From an uncultured Gammaproteobacteria bacterium (GTDB taxonomy: Bacteria > Pseudomonadota > Gammaproteobacteria > Pseudomonadales > JAHEGP01), in contig CAVVVC010000004.1 in assembly GCA_963751595.1 (NCBI GenBank), positions 73,262 through 137,261 of the forward strand: a stretch of DNA of 64,000 nt, given 5' to 3'. Shown in pieces: positions 30,645 to 42,608 of the stretch (within the stretch, counting starts at the first letter, position 1; every line of letters starts with the position of its first letter). The notes beneath the pieces were generated by a model. That model searched no databases, was not told the origin of the DNA, and saw only the letters and a list, made by a program, of their open reading frames with translations. The position numbers and the translations under genes are program-made.

Positions 30645-32015
30645 CTACTCGGCCTCGAGCTGAATTTCGTATTTCTTCACCAGGTCGTACAGGGTGGGTC
30701 GGGTAATGCCCAGCAGTTTTGCGGCGACCGTGATATTACCGCCGGCGAAGGCCAGGGCCTTGTTGATAGCGGCCTTCTCTGCATCGAAGCGCACCTGGCG
30801 CAGGTTGATCGATAGCCCGTCCGTTTGATCGAGGCCCAGATCTTCGGCACTTACCATTTTTTCGTTGCACATGATGACCGCGCGGCGGATTTTGTTTTCC
30901 ATTTCGCGGATATTGCCCGGCCAGGGGTAAGACTCGAGGGCGGCTGCGGCTTCCGGCGTAAACCCTTTCAGTGACTTGGAGTGCTCGGCGCAGAATTTTT
31001 GCAGGAGATGGCGCGACAAAAGTGTGCGATCCCCCTGGCGCTCCCGAAGCGGCGGAATGTTTATGACGATTTCACTGATTCGATAGAACAGGTCCTCGCG
31101 GAAGGTTCCCTCTGCCACCATCTCCTCAAGGGGTTTATTGGTCGCGCACACAACCCTGACATCGACCGCAATCAGTTCCCGCCCGCCCAGTCGTTCTATT
31201 TCCCGCTCCTGCAGAAAGCGCAATAATTTTGCCTGCAGAGCCAGGGGCATATCGCCAATTTCATCGAGAAACAGCGTGCCGCCATCGGCGGATTCTACTT
31301 TGCCAATGGTTCGCTTGGTGGCACCGGTGAAGGCACCGCGCTCATATCCGAACAGCTCGCTCTCCATCAGGTTTTCCGGTACAGCGGCACAATTGATGGC
31401 GACGAAACGTTTTTCGGCGCGGGGGCTCAGGCGATGAATTGCCTTCGCGAGTACTTCCTTGCCGGTTCCGCTATCCCCGAGCAGCAGGCAACTGACGGTG
31501 GTAGGGGCGATTTTTTCAAGGGTGGCGCAAATCCGCAGCATCGCACCGTCTGATGCAATAATGCCCTCGAGGGGGGATTTGTGTTCAAGTTGCATGCGCC
31601 GATGCTGTTCTTCGAGTTCGTAGATTCGAAAGGCGCGTCTGACCAAGAGATCGAGGGTATCGGTGTTCACCGGTTTTTCATAAAAATCATAAGCGCCCAT
31701 TGCGATGGCCCGGATCGCATTTTCGGTTTCATGGTGTCCGGTTACGACCACTATTTTTGTGGCGGGGGCTATTTCAAGGATCTCGCGGACTGTGGCAAAA
31801 CCCTCTTCGACACCTTCCTCGTCGGGCGGTAGCCCGAGATCCTGTAACACAACGCAGGGTTCTTCCCGCCTTACCGCGGCTATGGCACTGTCCCGGTCCC
31901 CCGCCAGGGCGACATCATACTGGTCGAAATGCCAGCGCAATTGGCTTTGCAGGCCAATGTCATCCTCTACGATTAACAACTTGGGTTTGGCGTCGCTATT
32001 GCTAGTGGTCGTCAT
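30645..32015 (-). CDS. prsR: sigma-54-dependent response regulator (NtrC/AtoC class), PEP-CTERM-associated
   Basis: 456 aa. Receiver domain (LLIVEDD...VLQDLGLPP), AAA+ domain with Walker A GDSGTGKE and the sigma-54 contact motif ESELFGYERGAFTGA, and a C-terminal Fis-type HTH (GNITVAAKLLGITRPTLYDLVKKY). Confidence 0.85.
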   Translation of the reverse strand: MTTTSNSDAKPKLLIVEDDIGLQSQLRWHFDQYDVALAGDRDSAIAAVRREEPCVVLQDLGLPPDEEGVEEGFATVREILEIAPATKIVVVTGHHETENAIRAIAMGAYDFYEKPVNTDTLDLLVRRAFRIYELEEQHRRMQLEHKSPLEGIIASDGAMLRICATLEKIAPTTVSCLLLGDSGTGKEVLAKAIHRLSPRAEKRFVAINCAAVPENLMESELFGYERGAFTGATKRTIGKVESADGGTLFLDEIGDMPLALQAKLLRFLQEREIERLGGRELIAVDVRVVCATNKPLEEMVAEGTFREDLFYRISEIVINIPPLRERQGDRTLLSRHLLQKFCAEHSKSLKGFTPEAAAALESYPWPGNIREMENKIRRAVIMCNEKMVSAEDLGLDQTDGLSINLRQVRFDAEKAAINKALAFAGGNITVAAKLLGITRPTLYDLVKKYEIQLEAE

Positions 32016-32020
32016 AAGAA

Positions 32021-34063
32021 TTAGGCCGCTTCCTGCTTTGACGCGATCAGTGGGATGGTGATGCAGATCGTGGTGCCGATCCCGGGCTCGCTCGAGACTT
32101 GCATGTCCCCGCCAATGGCTAGAATGTATTCCCGGGCCTGATAGACACCGATGCCCATGCCCTTGCCCGACTTTGTAGTGTCGAAAGGCTTGAAGAGCCG
32201 CCCTTTGACGAATTCCGCGCTCATACCTTCACCGTTGTCTTCAACTTCAATCACGGCCAGATTCTGGCGCTGCTCAAGTCGCACATCGATGAAGCCGCCG
32301 TCCGAGGTGGCATCCTGGGCGTTTTTGATCAGGTGGGAAAGTATCATCACAAGATTGTCATGATCGGCCTTCGCTTTCAAGCCCCTGGCCTCTAGCCGCA
32401 GTATCGGGGCGGGTTTGAGATCACCGCATTTTTTGATGACTTCGATGAGTGCCTGTTCCAGGTTTGTGCTCTTTGGCGGGATAGGCTCCTTGCGCTGCAT
32501 TTTGCCGAGCAGGTTGTTCATCCGCTTGACGGAGTTTTCGATGGTATTGATCATATCCTCTACAAACGCCGGGTTTTCCTTATGCTTGGCCGCATTTTCA
32601 ACCACCAGCGCTTGTTGGGCGATGAGGTTTTTCAGGTCGTGCATAATGAAGGCCGTGAGTTTGTTGTAGGCTTCGAATTGGCGAGACTGGGCGAGTAATT
32701 CGGCCGCCTGGTGTCGAGCCAGGTAGCTGGCCAACTGGCGGCCAACCGTTTTTAGAAGGTCCAGATCTTCCCAGGTCAGGTCACCCGAGTCGCTGCCCCT
32801 GACAAGACCAATGAATCCGAGCAGGTACTCTTCGTTGAAGAGTGGCACGATGATCCAGAGATTGTCGATATTGCTTGCCCAGCCGGGTATAAGCTGGTCT
32901 TCCGCATAGTCGCCCCCCGATTCAAATATCCATTCACGTTCGATCATGGTTTTGATGAAGGCAGAATCCGCCGGCTCGCTCGCTCCGGCGGGAAGACCCA
33001 TCGGGTAGGAAGCCTCCGCATCGAACTGATTCTCGTGGCGCAACCAGAGTATGCCGCCGGGGCTGTTGAAAACAGCACTCATCGCCTTGATCGCGCGTTG
33101 CTGCATATCATCTTCCCCGTAGGGTCGAGACAGCCGGTCAATCAACTTCAACCATTCCACGCGATAGTCGTATTTGTGACTGAAGAAGTTCTTGTTGATA
33201 AAAACCAGCGCCGAGGCCCGCAGACTTGGAACCGTGCTGATGATGACCAGGCCGATGATACCCGTGAAGGTGAGTACCTGTTGCAGTGCCGCGCCCCAGT
33301 TTTCACCGTACACCTTGATGTAGTAGCCCACGGTTGACATCAGGAACAACAGAACCCCGGCCCCAAGCAAACCGGTGGTGTAAAAGACCATGTTGCGGGA
33401 AAAGCTTACCTGGGGTGCGCTGTCAGTTTTCGCGAGGGTAACAATGAGAAACACACCCGCGATGCTGTAGATTGCGCCGCGAGCATTCCAGCTATCAGCG
33501 GGTGTTGTCTGGAATACCAGCATCTGCGAAAACAGGTACAAATCATAAATGAAGAGTGCCCCGAGCCCCAGGGCGAAGAACTTGATGGAGTGGCGGACCT
33601 TGACGCTCAGGTTCCGATACAACTGCTCCAGCAGTACCACTCCCAACACCGCCAGCAACAAGTTGGACCAGGTGATCATCGTACTGGCGTAGACCGCTGT
33701 CCTGGGCTGGTGCAATACCGTTTCCAGCACCGCAAACGCAATAATCGCCAAGATGAGGCCAGCACACAAAAATGCCATCCATTTGGGCAAATGGGTGCCA
33801 GTGAACGTGTGCACCATCCCGAAAATTGCCCAATACCAGAAGGTGTAGAACAGCAGATCGAAACAGAACAGTATCAGGGGAGAGGTGTTATAGTGGGCCT
33901 GGACCAGAACGGCCCCCATCCGTAGCGATGTGACGAGCGCAGCGATTGCCAGTGTGGCAGGATAATGGCGGCGGTAGCTCGGCGATGCCAGCTGCCAGAA
34001 CAAGATGAAAAAAGCGATGGCACCGGCGAACGAATTCAGATAATTAACGCCGAAATCCCACAT
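32021..34063 (-). CDS. prsK: sensor histidine kinase with polytopic N-terminal domain, PEP-CTERM-associated
   Basis: 680 aa. About 8-10 N-terminal TM segments, a GAF-like middle, an H-box FIMHDLKNLIAQ and an ATPase domain (..DNGEGMS..GKGMGIGVYQ..). It is directly upstream of prsR. Confidence 0.8.
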   Translation of the reverse strand: MWDFGVNYLNSFAGAIAFFILFWQLASPSYRRHYPATLAIAALVTSLRMGAVLVQAHYNTSPLILFCFDLLFYTFWYWAIFGMVHTFTGTHLPKWMAFLCAGLILAIIAFAVLETVLHQPRTAVYASTMITWSNLLLAVLGVVLLEQLYRNLSVKVRHSIKFFALGLGALFIYDLYLFSQMLVFQTTPADSWNARGAIYSIAGVFLIVTLAKTDSAPQVSFSRNMVFYTTGLLGAGVLLFLMSTVGYYIKVYGENWGAALQQVLTFTGIIGLVIISTVPSLRASALVFINKNFFSHKYDYRVEWLKLIDRLSRPYGEDDMQQRAIKAMSAVFNSPGGILWLRHENQFDAEASYPMGLPAGASEPADSAFIKTMIEREWIFESGGDYAEDQLIPGWASNIDNLWIIVPLFNEEYLLGFIGLVRGSDSGDLTWEDLDLLKTVGRQLASYLARHQAAELLAQSRQFEAYNKLTAFIMHDLKNLIAQQALVVENAAKHKENPAFVEDMINTIENSVKRMNNLLGKMQRKEPIPPKSTNLEQALIEVIKKCGDLKPAPILRLEARGLKAKADHDNLVMILSHLIKNAQDATSDGGFIDVRLEQRQNLAVIEVEDNGEGMSAEFVKGRLFKPFDTTKSGKGMGIGVYQAREYILAIGGDMQVSSEPGIGTTICITIPLIASKQEAA

Positions 34064-34090
34064 AAACTAACCGATGGTTGCCGCGCCAGG

Positions 34091-36355
34091 CTAGGTGGCG
34101 GTTGGACCCATTTCCTTTAGATTGCCGGCAATCTTGCTGAATGCCCGGTCAAAGAGCGGGCGATTGTCAAGAATGTAGGCGCGCTTGTTTTGCAGGTCCA
34201 GGGCCAAGTCCTTGCGTTTCTTCTCCAGTGTCTTAAAGCCGAAGCGATTGACGAAAACGTAGCTATCGTTCGCTTCCAGCTTGGCTGACAGTTTGCAGCG
34301 CAATCCCTTCCCCGACGCTTCATTGGTGAATACCAGCCACTGACCCGGTTGCAGGTTCTCGGCCTTGCGAATGAATTCGTAGGTAATGCGTTTAAGCTTA
34401 GCCTGCTGCCGCTCGACCGCAGACATTTCTTTCCAGCTTTTTTGCTCTTCCGCCTCGGTCAGGGCCGCTTTTTGCTCCGGCTTGAGGGGGTCGTAATGCA
34501 CCTCCTCAATTCGTCCGCGTGTCAGCGAATCGTGGATCTGGTCGACAACCGTGATAATGGCCTCCATATCGGATTCATTGGCCACGGTTTTGCAAAGGCC
34601 CTTGCGCAGATTCTGGCGCAGGCCAGGGAGTAGCTTGATGCGGCGGTTTTTGGACTTCTCATCAGTATGGTTGCGAACGCTCCAGATGAGGTCGTCGATC
34701 AGTTGCAATACCTCCAGCCACTCGGCGCTGTTGTCACCATGTTTCAGGTAGGTGAGCAACATAACCTTTTGCCATTCCTGCACCAAGAACCTTGTGATCG
34801 GCTCCGGGAGCAGGGCGTCCTTCAGGCGTTTGCGTAACTCCAGTTGGACTTTGGAGCGCGCTGCCTGGGTCTTTGCCTGCCCGGAGGCCATTTCCTTGGC
34901 CCGCTTCTCGATACGCTGGGCTTTTTGGTGCTGCTTGCTGGCTACTTCCTGCAGCTTGACTCGCATGGATTCGAATAGTTCACGATCAGCATGGGGCTGA
35001 TCGTGAACGGTTTGGATGATTTCCTCGATGGTCGCAACAATAGCGTCCTTGTGGTCGGGGTGGGTGTCATCGAAGCCCACGCCCAGCCGGGCAATCTCAT
35101 TGATGAGCATCCGCGCCGGGTGACGCTGGGTGTTGAAAAAATCGGCGTCGCGCAGGGCCAGCTTCAGTATAGGAAGCTGGAGTTTGCCGATCAACGCCTG
35201 AAAAGACATCGGCATGTTGGGGTCGCTGAGCGCGAAGTCAAAAAACATGGCCACGAGGTTGATGACATCCTCGTCGGGTGTTTCCAGCGCGTGATCCGGA
35301 GTGCCCGATGCATCCATCGACGCCATGATGTTTTCAATCGCGCTGCGGATGTCCAGGGTTTGTTGGTGAAGGATCTCCTCGTAGCTGATCGATGCCTGCA
35401 ACTCGGCCAGCAGGCGCACCAGCTCGTCCTGGCTGACGACGGGACCGGAGCGAGCGCTGTAGCGGGGGATGAACCCCTGTGGGCGGATATTTCTGCTTCG
35501 CAGACCACTGAGCAGCGAGCTCAAATCGGGCAGTCGATAGCTGGTGTCGCCGGCGGTGTTGTAGTCATCGAAGCCGGCGGGAATTTCCGGCCCGGACGGC
35601 TCCGGTTCACGATTCTCGGGCGGTGGTCGCCGGCTGGGCTTGTTGGGGCGCGGGGCCGATGCCTGTTTTTTTATCGTGCTTCGGATTTCTGGCAGTACGC
35701 CGTTCTTGATCAGCAGCTCGTTGATGCCGTCGTAGGTAGCGGGTAATTTGCCGACGACTTCGATGTCGAACGCTTTCAGGAGAACGATACGCGCCTTGAT
35801 TTGCAGCTCAAGATGCAGCGTTGCCAGCTTGAATGCACTGCAGATCGCATCGGGGCTGAGGGGGTTGTTCTGGTCATTGATCAGGTGGCCGGGCAGCAGC
35901 TTTTCCAGCCGACACTTGAGGTGGTAGATCGCTTCCTGGTTGTGGGCCCGCGACTTGGTCACCATCGACGAGAGGGCGACGTCCTGTTCCACCTCATCGG
36001 TCTCGACCAGGCTGAAGTTTTCCCGTTTGAGCTTTTCGGGAGCGGGGGGGACGTCGGGCTGACGCGACAGGAGTTTATTGAACAGTTCGGTGATATTGGC
36101 ACGGAAGCGGCTTTTGATTCCGCTGGCGCCGCTGCGGATCTCCCGCATGGAGTCAAAATAGATGGTTTGTTCGTTGTTGGAGCGCGCGCCGATGGAAAGG
36201 TCGTAGAGGGCGTCGTTGGCGTGCGTTAGCGTTCGTTCTATCTGCGAATCGAACTGGGAGAGGGCGTGGTCGCGTACCTGCTGCAATAAGACCGGCATCC
36301 CTCGATGGGTGGATTGCAGCTTTGCCGAGAGGTTGCCTTTTAAGTCACGACTCAT
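34091..36355 (-). CDS. DUF1631-like large cytoplasmic protein
   Basis: 754 aa with no signal peptide. The block FFNTQRHPARMLINEIARLG and overall size resemble the DUF1631 family as I recall it. Unverified. Confidence 0.5.
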   Translation of the reverse strand: MSRDLKGNLSAKLQSTHRGMPVLLQQVRDHALSQFDSQIERTLTHANDALYDLSIGARSNNEQTIYFDSMREIRSGASGIKSRFRANITELFNKLLSRQPDVPPAPEKLKRENFSLVETDEVEQDVALSSMVTKSRAHNQEAIYHLKCRLEKLLPGHLINDQNNPLSPDAICSAFKLATLHLELQIKARIVLLKAFDIEVVGKLPATYDGINELLIKNGVLPEIRSTIKKQASAPRPNKPSRRPPPENREPEPSGPEIPAGFDDYNTAGDTSYRLPDLSSLLSGLRSRNIRPQGFIPRYSARSGPVVSQDELVRLLAELQASISYEEILHQQTLDIRSAIENIMASMDASGTPDHALETPDEDVINLVAMFFDFALSDPNMPMSFQALIGKLQLPILKLALRDADFFNTQRHPARMLINEIARLGVGFDDTHPDHKDAIVATIEEIIQTVHDQPHADRELFESMRVKLQEVASKQHQKAQRIEKRAKEMASGQAKTQAARSKVQLELRKRLKDALLPEPITRFLVQEWQKVMLLTYLKHGDNSAEWLEVLQLIDDLIWSVRNHTDEKSKNRRIKLLPGLRQNLRKGLCKTVANESDMEAIITVVDQIHDSLTRGRIEEVHYDPLKPEQKAALTEAEEQKSWKEMSAVERQQAKLKRITYEFIRKAENLQPGQWLVFTNEASGKGLRCKLSAKLEANDSYVFVNRFGFKTLEKKRKDLALDLQNKRAYILDNRPLFDRAFSKIAGNLKEMGPTAT

Positions 36356-36544
36356 GAGACCGGACCTGCGCTAGGTTTGGGTCCAACATCGATTTGTAGA
36401 TTATTGATTTATATCAAGATATTAACCGACAGTCTACGCTGGACCAGTGCCGGCCATTCTAGCAAGTTTAACGGTTTAGTAAAATGTGAATTATGGTGCT
36501 CGAAAGCGGGGACGGCTGCTGCCGTGTACCCCGCAGGTGATGGC

Positions 36545-37147
36545 TCAGGACAGGGTGATGCCGACCCACTCGGAGGGATTGCTGGTGAGCCCCTGGGTGT
36601 CGACGGCGATGACCCGAAAACTGTAGTAGCCCGGCGGCAATTCCAGCGCCTTGCTTGCCTGCTGGCCACCTTCAACGTATTCCTGCTCAACCAGGCCCGG
36701 TTTGCCTTTCTGGGTGTATTCGATTATGAACCCGTCCAGCTCATTGGCCCCGAGAAGCTGGCCGTTTTCCCGCTGCATCGGTATGGTCCATTCAAGAGTT
36801 ACCGACTGATAACGTACCGGGTCTGCCGGCTCGGGGCGGGATTCGGGCTGAGCCGTATACATGGGTTGCTCTTTGCTGGCGGGCTGCTTAACCGGCTGGG
36901 CAGGGGGCTGTTCCTGCACCACCTGCTGCTCGGCTGGCGGGCTGGCGACCACTTTTTTGGCGGACTCCTCCGGCTCTGGCAGCGCCTGGGCTTTTTTCTC
37001 CGGTATAGTCCAGCCGGCGAGGACATTCGCGGTGCTATCGGCAGGCGCGGTGCTTGCCGTATTGCTGCCCGAACGGCAGGCCGAAAGTGAAAATGCAATC
37101 GATAGAATGATGAGCGTTCGTAGCATGGCAGTTTTTCCCGGTATCAA
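36545..37147 (-). CDS. lipoprotein with C-terminal FN3-like domain
   Basis: Lipobox SIAFSLSAC, a Pro/Glu/Gln-rich linker, then TLEWTIP...GFIIEYTQ...YYSFRVIAVDTQGLTSNPSEW (fibronectin-III pattern). The start may be the internal Met at 37126. Confidence 0.7.
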   Translation of the reverse strand: MIPGKTAMLRTLIILSIAFSLSACRSGSNTASTAPADSTANVLAGWTIPEKKAQALPEPEESAKKVVASPPAEQQVVQEQPPAQPVKQPASKEQPMYTAQPESRPEPADPVRYQSVTLEWTIPMQRENGQLLGANELDGFIIEYTQKGKPGLVEQEYVEGGQQASKALELPPGYYSFRVIAVDTQGLTSNPSEWVGITLS

Positions 37148-37285
37148 TATTATGCGGCATTGATCCAGAGTTTAGTTAAGCGCCGATACCCCTGGGCCGG
37201 GTTGGCAGATTGGGGTATGGATACTGTGACCAAAATCACCGCATATATGCAGGGTTGTGATCGGTTTCACAGCGAGGGGTTCGGC

Positions 37286-38248
37286 TCAGGTATCCCTGTC
37301 GACGGCCAGCTCGAGCAGGCGCAACAGCTCATTTTGCATTCCCGCGCACGGTAATCGTTGCAGTGCCTCCAGCGCCGCGTTGCTGTGGTGCAGCGCGGCG
37401 GCGCGGGTGTATTCAAGCGCGTCGGTCTGGTTTATCAGAGCCATGACCGCTGCGATACTCGCGGCACTTTTCCCGGCAATCGCCGTGCGCACAATGGCGG
37501 CGTCTGCGGAAGATGCGACTTGCATGACGCGAATCAGCGGCAGGGTTGGTTTGCCCTCGGCCAGGTCGTCGCCAACATGCTTGCCCATTTGCTCGGCTTT
37601 ACCGCTGTAATCGAGCACATCGTCGATCAACTGAAATGCCATGCCCAGGTGGTAGCCGTATTGCTTGCAGGCTGTCACGCTATCGGGATCGAGGTCAGAA
37701 AGCAGGGCTGCGCCTTCGGTGGCCGCCTGGAAAAGCGCGGCCGTTTTGCGCTTGATGACTTCGAAGTAAGCCTCTTCCGTCGTGTCCGGTTCGCCAGCAT
37801 TTTCGAGCTGCAGAACCTCACCCTCGGCGATCAGGTTGGTTGTGTCTGCCATCAGCCGCATGATATCCAGGTTGCCAATGCGGACCATGAGCTGGAATGC
37901 CCGGGAATAAATAAAGTCGCCCACCAGCACGCTGGGCGCATTTCCCCACTTGGCATTCGCAGTTTCCCGGCCCCGGCGAAGGGTCGAAACATCTACCACG
38001 TCATCATGAAGCAGGGTTGCGGTGTGAATAAACTCGATGACCGCGGAGAACTGGCGATGGCGCGGGCTAATTTTTCCGATCGCTCCGGCCATTAATAGCA
38101 CCAGCAGTGGGCGGATGCGTTTGCCGCCGGCATCGACGATGTATTGGCCGATGCTTTCCACCAGCCCCACATCAGAGTGCAGCTCCTGTATGATGAGCGT
38201 GTTAACGGCTTCGAAGTCGTCAGCGACGGATTGGCGAATAGCTTGCAT
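37286..38248 (-). CDS. ispB: octaprenyl diphosphate synthase
   Basis: 320 aa. First and second Asp-rich motifs LLHDDVVD and LIDDVLD. Lies divergent from rplU, as in many gammaproteobacteria. Confidence 0.9.
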   Translation of the reverse strand: MQAIRQSVADDFEAVNTLIIQELHSDVGLVESIGQYIVDAGGKRIRPLLVLLMAGAIGKISPRHRQFSAVIEFIHTATLLHDDVVDVSTLRRGRETANAKWGNAPSVLVGDFIYSRAFQLMVRIGNLDIMRLMADTTNLIAEGEVLQLENAGEPDTTEEAYFEVIKRKTAALFQAATEGAALLSDLDPDSVTACKQYGYHLGMAFQLIDDVLDYSGKAEQMGKHVGDDLAEGKPTLPLIRVMQVASSADAAIVRTAIAGKSAASIAAVMALINQTDALEYTRAAALHHSNAALEALQRLPCAGMQNELLRLLELAVDRDT

Positions 38249-38503
38249 GGGTGAGTGCCGGGTATTGAAACAGCAGCGGGCATGCTAGGTGCCGTGCCGC
38301 ACAGTGTCAAGGCTGCACAGGGGGGCGATAGCCCTAAAAATGGCTGTGCTGGCAGGCTTGCCCCGTCGTTTGTATTTCATTATAATTCGCGCCCCTGGAA
38401 GAGGCTCGGGATTTGTCCCACGGGCGCGGCTTGCGGGCTGTAAGAGACGAACTGTTACCAACGAACCAAACAAGCGAGCCGGGCTAGGCATCTGGAGAAA
38501 CGT

Positions 38504-38815
38504 ATGTACGCTGTAATTGAAAGTGGTGGTAAGCAACACCGGGTTCAGGAGGGCGAAATCCTGAAGCTGGAAAAGATTGAGCTGGGCACCGGTGAGAAAG
38601 TAGAATTCAACAAGGTCATGCTGGTGGGTGAAGGCGACAGCGTAAAAGTCGGCCAGCCCCTGGTAGAGGGTGCTGTCGTCACCGGCGAGGTGCTGTCGCA
38701 GGGGCGTCACGACAAGATTCACATCATCAAGTTCAAGCGCCGCAAGCACCATATGAAGCGCGCCGGGCACAGGCAATGGTATACCGAAGTGAAAATCACC
38801 GGTATCAGCGGTTAA
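38504..38815 (+). CDS. rplU: 50S ribosomal protein L21
   Basis: [25 protein letters not shown]...; 103 aa. Confidence 0.95.
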   Translation: MYAVIESGGKQHRVQEGEILKLEKIELGTGEKVEFNKVMLVGEGDSVKVGQPLVEGAVVTGEVLSQGRHDKIHIIKFKRRKHHMKRAGHRQWYTEVKITGISG

Positions 38816-38832
38816 TAGCGGGGGAATAGGCA

Positions 38833-39090
38833 ATGGCTCACAAGAAAGCAGGTGGTAGTACTCGCAACGGACGCGACTCGGAGTCCAAACGATTGGGCGT
38901 GAAGCGTTACGGTGGTCAGAAAGTGGCGGCGGGATCTATTATCGTGCGTCAGCGGGGTACTCATTTTCACCCGGGTGAGAACGTGGGTTGCGGCAAGGAC
39001 CACACCCTGTTTGCGAAGGCGGACGGCGTGGTCGAATTCACCGTGAAAGGCCCCAAGCAGCGCAAGTTCGTCAATATCGTGGCAGCCTGA
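38833..39090 (+). CDS. rpmA: 50S ribosomal protein L27
   Basis: [29 protein letters not shown]...; 85 aa. Confidence 0.95.
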   Translation: MAHKKAGGSTRNGRDSESKRLGVKRYGGQKVAAGSIIVRQRGTHFHPGENVGCGKDHTLFAKADGVVEFTVKGPKQRKFVNIVAA

Positions 39091-39137
39091 ATTCCCGGCT
39101 ATGCAACGCTGGCGCTGAGATATTAGCTGTCAGATTA

Positions 39138-39166
39138 AAAGCCCTGTCCTGCGACAGGGCTTTTTT
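39138..39166 (+). terminator. Rho-independent terminator after rpmA
   Basis: Stem gccctgtc (39141-39148), loop ctgc, stem gacagggc (39153-39160), followed by TTTTTT (39161-39166). Confidence 0.8.
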
Positions 39167-39367
39167 AATTCGGCTGTATTAACTTTATGCGCGAAAAGAC
39201 AGTTTAGTGCGTGAAACAACAGATTAGGACACAGCTTGTCTGTTAATACTTTAAGATACTTCCTCAACGTGCTGAATTAAAAGCATTTATGCTCGGCTGG
39301 AAATGATCGGTCCGAGTGTCACCAGCGCATGGCTGAGCCCGTTGTGGTGCGGGCGCGGCACGGCTAG

Positions 39368-40570
<1,203 letters not shown>

Positions 40571-40573
40571 GCA

Positions 40574-41701
40574 ATGGACGCGGGCCGCGACTATTTGCAG
40601 AAAACCCGCCGCTGGGTCATCAAGATCGGCAGCGCCCTGCTCACCGCCGACGGCCAGGGTTTGGACAAGTCCGCCATCGACACCTGGGTGGCGCAAATAG
40701 CCAGCCTGCGGCAGCAGGGCATCGAGGTGGTGCTGGTATCATCGGGAGCCGTGGCCGCTGGCCTGTCGCGCCTCGGTTGGTCGCGGCGGCCCCAGGCGAT
40801 TCACGACCTGCAGGCCGCCGCCGCGGTGGGGCAGATGGGCCTGATTCAAACCTGGGAAACGGCCTTTGCCCACCACCGGTTGCACACCGCGCAAATCCTG
40901 CTGGTACACGACGATTTGTCCAACCGCCAGCGCTACCTTAACGCCCGCCGCACCTTGCAAACGCTGTTGGGGCTGGGCGTCATTCCTGTGGTCAACGAAA
41001 ACGATACGGTTGCCACTGACGAAATCCGTTTTGGCGACAACGATACCCTGGGTGGTGTGGTGGCCAACCTGATCGATGCCGATCTGCTGGTTATCCTTAC
41101 CGACCAGCCCGGCCTGTTCGAGCAGGACCCCCGCCATTTTCCCGGGGCAACCCTGATCGCCCAGGCCAGGGCCGGCGATACCCGGCTGGATGCCTACGCC
41201 CGCGGGCCTGCGGGGTCGCTGGGGCGCGGCGGTATGCTCACCAAGCTGAGAGCGGCGCGGCTGGCAGCCCGTTCCGGTGCCCATACCGTTATCGCCGGTG
41301 GGCGCGAGCCCGGCGTGCTAGTGGATATTGCTGCCGGCAAAAGGGTGGGAACCTGGTTGCAGGCCGAGCAGCGGCCGGTTGCCGCGCGCAAGCGCTGGCT
41401 TGAGAGTCACCTGCAAATACGCGGTGTGTTGCACCTCGACGACGGTGCGGCCAGGGTGGTGACCCAGTCCGGCCGCAGTCTGTTACCTGTTGGTGTGGTC
41501 AAAGTCGAGGGCCGATTTGGCCGTGGCGAGATGGTGTCCTGTGTCGACCCCTCGGGGGTGGAAATAGCCCGGGGCCTTGTAAACTACGATGCCGACGAGG
41601 CGCGGCAGATAGCCGGGGTGGGGAGCGGGCTTATCGCCCAGGTGTTGGGTTATCACGATGATGATGAAATGATACACCGGGATAACCTGGTGCTGTTGTA
41701 G
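40574..41701 (+). CDS. proB: glutamate 5-kinase
   Basis: 375 aa. [12 protein letters not shown]...[11 protein letters not shown]...[22 protein letters not shown]... with a C-terminal PUA-like region. Confidence 0.9.
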   Translation: MDAGRDYLQKTRRWVIKIGSALLTADGQGLDKSAIDTWVAQIASLRQQGIEVVLVSSGAVAAGLSRLGWSRRPQAIHDLQAAAAVGQMGLIQTWETAFAHHRLHTAQILLVHDDLSNRQRYLNARRTLQTLLGLGVIPVVNENDTVATDEIRFGDNDTLGGVVANLIDADLLVILTDQPGLFEQDPRHFPGATLIAQARAGDTRLDAYARGPAGSLGRGGMLTKLRAARLAARSGAHTVIAGGREPGVLVDIAAGKRVGTWLQAEQRPVAARKRWLESHLQIRGVLHLDDGAARVVTQSGRSLLPVGVVKVEGRFGRGEMVSCVDPSGVEIARGLVNYDADEARQIAGVGSGLIAQVLGYHDDDEMIHRDNLVLL

Positions 41702-41750
41702 TTATAGTCAGGAACCGCAAGCGCGTAATGATCAAAAGGGCTTTAACGAA

Positions 41751-41783
41751 AAAGGGGAGGCCATAATCCTGGCCTCCCCTTTA
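41751..41783. terminator. bidirectional hairpin terminator between proB (+) and the PEP-CTERM gene (-)
   Basis: The 10-bp stem aggggaggcc (41753-41762) pairs with ggcctcccct (41771-41780). On the minus strand it is followed by TTTTT, so it is strongest for the minus-strand gene. Confidence 0.75.
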
Positions 41784-41813
41784 CAGGTTTGCTCGCTAAA
41801 GCTCAGCCCGAAT

Positions 41814-42392
41814 TCAGCCTGCCTTGCAACGCCGCGCCAGGCCACCCAATCCCAGCAGGGCCGAGCCGAACAACCACACCGCGGCGGGCAGGGGAACTTC
41901 CGATACCGTCTGGGCAGAGAAGGTCAGGCCGGTTTCGTTAAATACGAAACTGCCCGGGGTGTCGTCAAAGCCAAGCAGGGTGAGGGTTCCCGTCGCTACA
42001 ATCTCCAGCAGGCCGGCATCGGTTTGTGACGCGGTGCCACTGCCGAGGATAAAGCTGGCCAGCGGGGCACTGCTGACATTCCACAATGTCGCCCCGGAGG
42101 CCGGCGCTGTGATAGCTCCCGTGGCATCCCAGGATATCGGGTTGGCGAAGGTTGCTGCTGAACCAGTGGGGACAAGTCCGGCAAAGTCGTCTGTTGTCAC
42201 GGCCACCTGGGCGAAGGTAATAGCCAGGTCGCCTGCTCCGCTGTCGGGCAGGTTGCCGCTGGTGGAACTTGTTCCAAAAAAGGCAATAGTGCTGCCTGCG
42301 CTGATCTGTGCCGCCGATGCCAGCGATGCACACAGCAACAGGCCGAGTCCAAAGGCGATCTGTTTTGCTTGTCGAATCCTTGTGTTGATCAT
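41814..42392 (-). CDS. PEP-CTERM (VPLPA-type) sorting-domain protein
   Basis: Signal peptide ...LLLCASLASAAQ, a Gly/Ser/Thr/Ala-rich body, and the C-terminus VSEVPLPAAVWLFGSALLGLGGLARRCKAG (motif, TM helix, basic tail). Confidence 0.85.
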   Translation of the reverse strand: MINTRIRQAKQIAFGLGLLLCASLASAAQISAGSTIAFFGTSSTSGNLPDSGAGDLAITFAQVAVTTDDFAGLVPTGSAATFANPISWDATGAITAPASGATLWNVSSAPLASFILGSGTASQTDAGLLEIVATGTLTLLGFDDTPGSFVFNETGLTFSAQTVSEVPLPAAVWLFGSALLGLGGLARRCKAG

Positions 42393-42608
42393 GCTTTCAC
42401 TCCCTGGTGATTATTGCCCCCGCGTTTTGACCGCGGAGTTTGTATTATTCCGTGTAGCGTCTAGCGTAAGTGCCTCACGCAGTTATCCCGCCGTCGTTCG
42501 TGCAGGTGCCCTGTGCGGTTGATGCTACAGGTGCAGCCTCACATATCATCGACTAGTTGTTGTTGCTACAGCCGCACAAACAGACAGCCTGGTTGGACGT
42601 CAGGCTCC

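Noticed and set aside
41824-42522. 232-aa plus-strand ORF
   Set aside because: It is antisense to PEP-CTERM gene 41814..42392, which has a signal peptide and the VPLPAAVWLF...RR C-terminus. The plus-strand product is Arg/Pro/Ser-rich with no features.
42393-42608. Search for a sigma-54 promoter upstream of PEP-CTERM gene 41814..42392
   Set aside because: Only GGCAC-like fragments are present, with no TTGC at the correct 5-nt spacing. The gene is more likely co-transcribed with 42609..43259 or uses another promoter.
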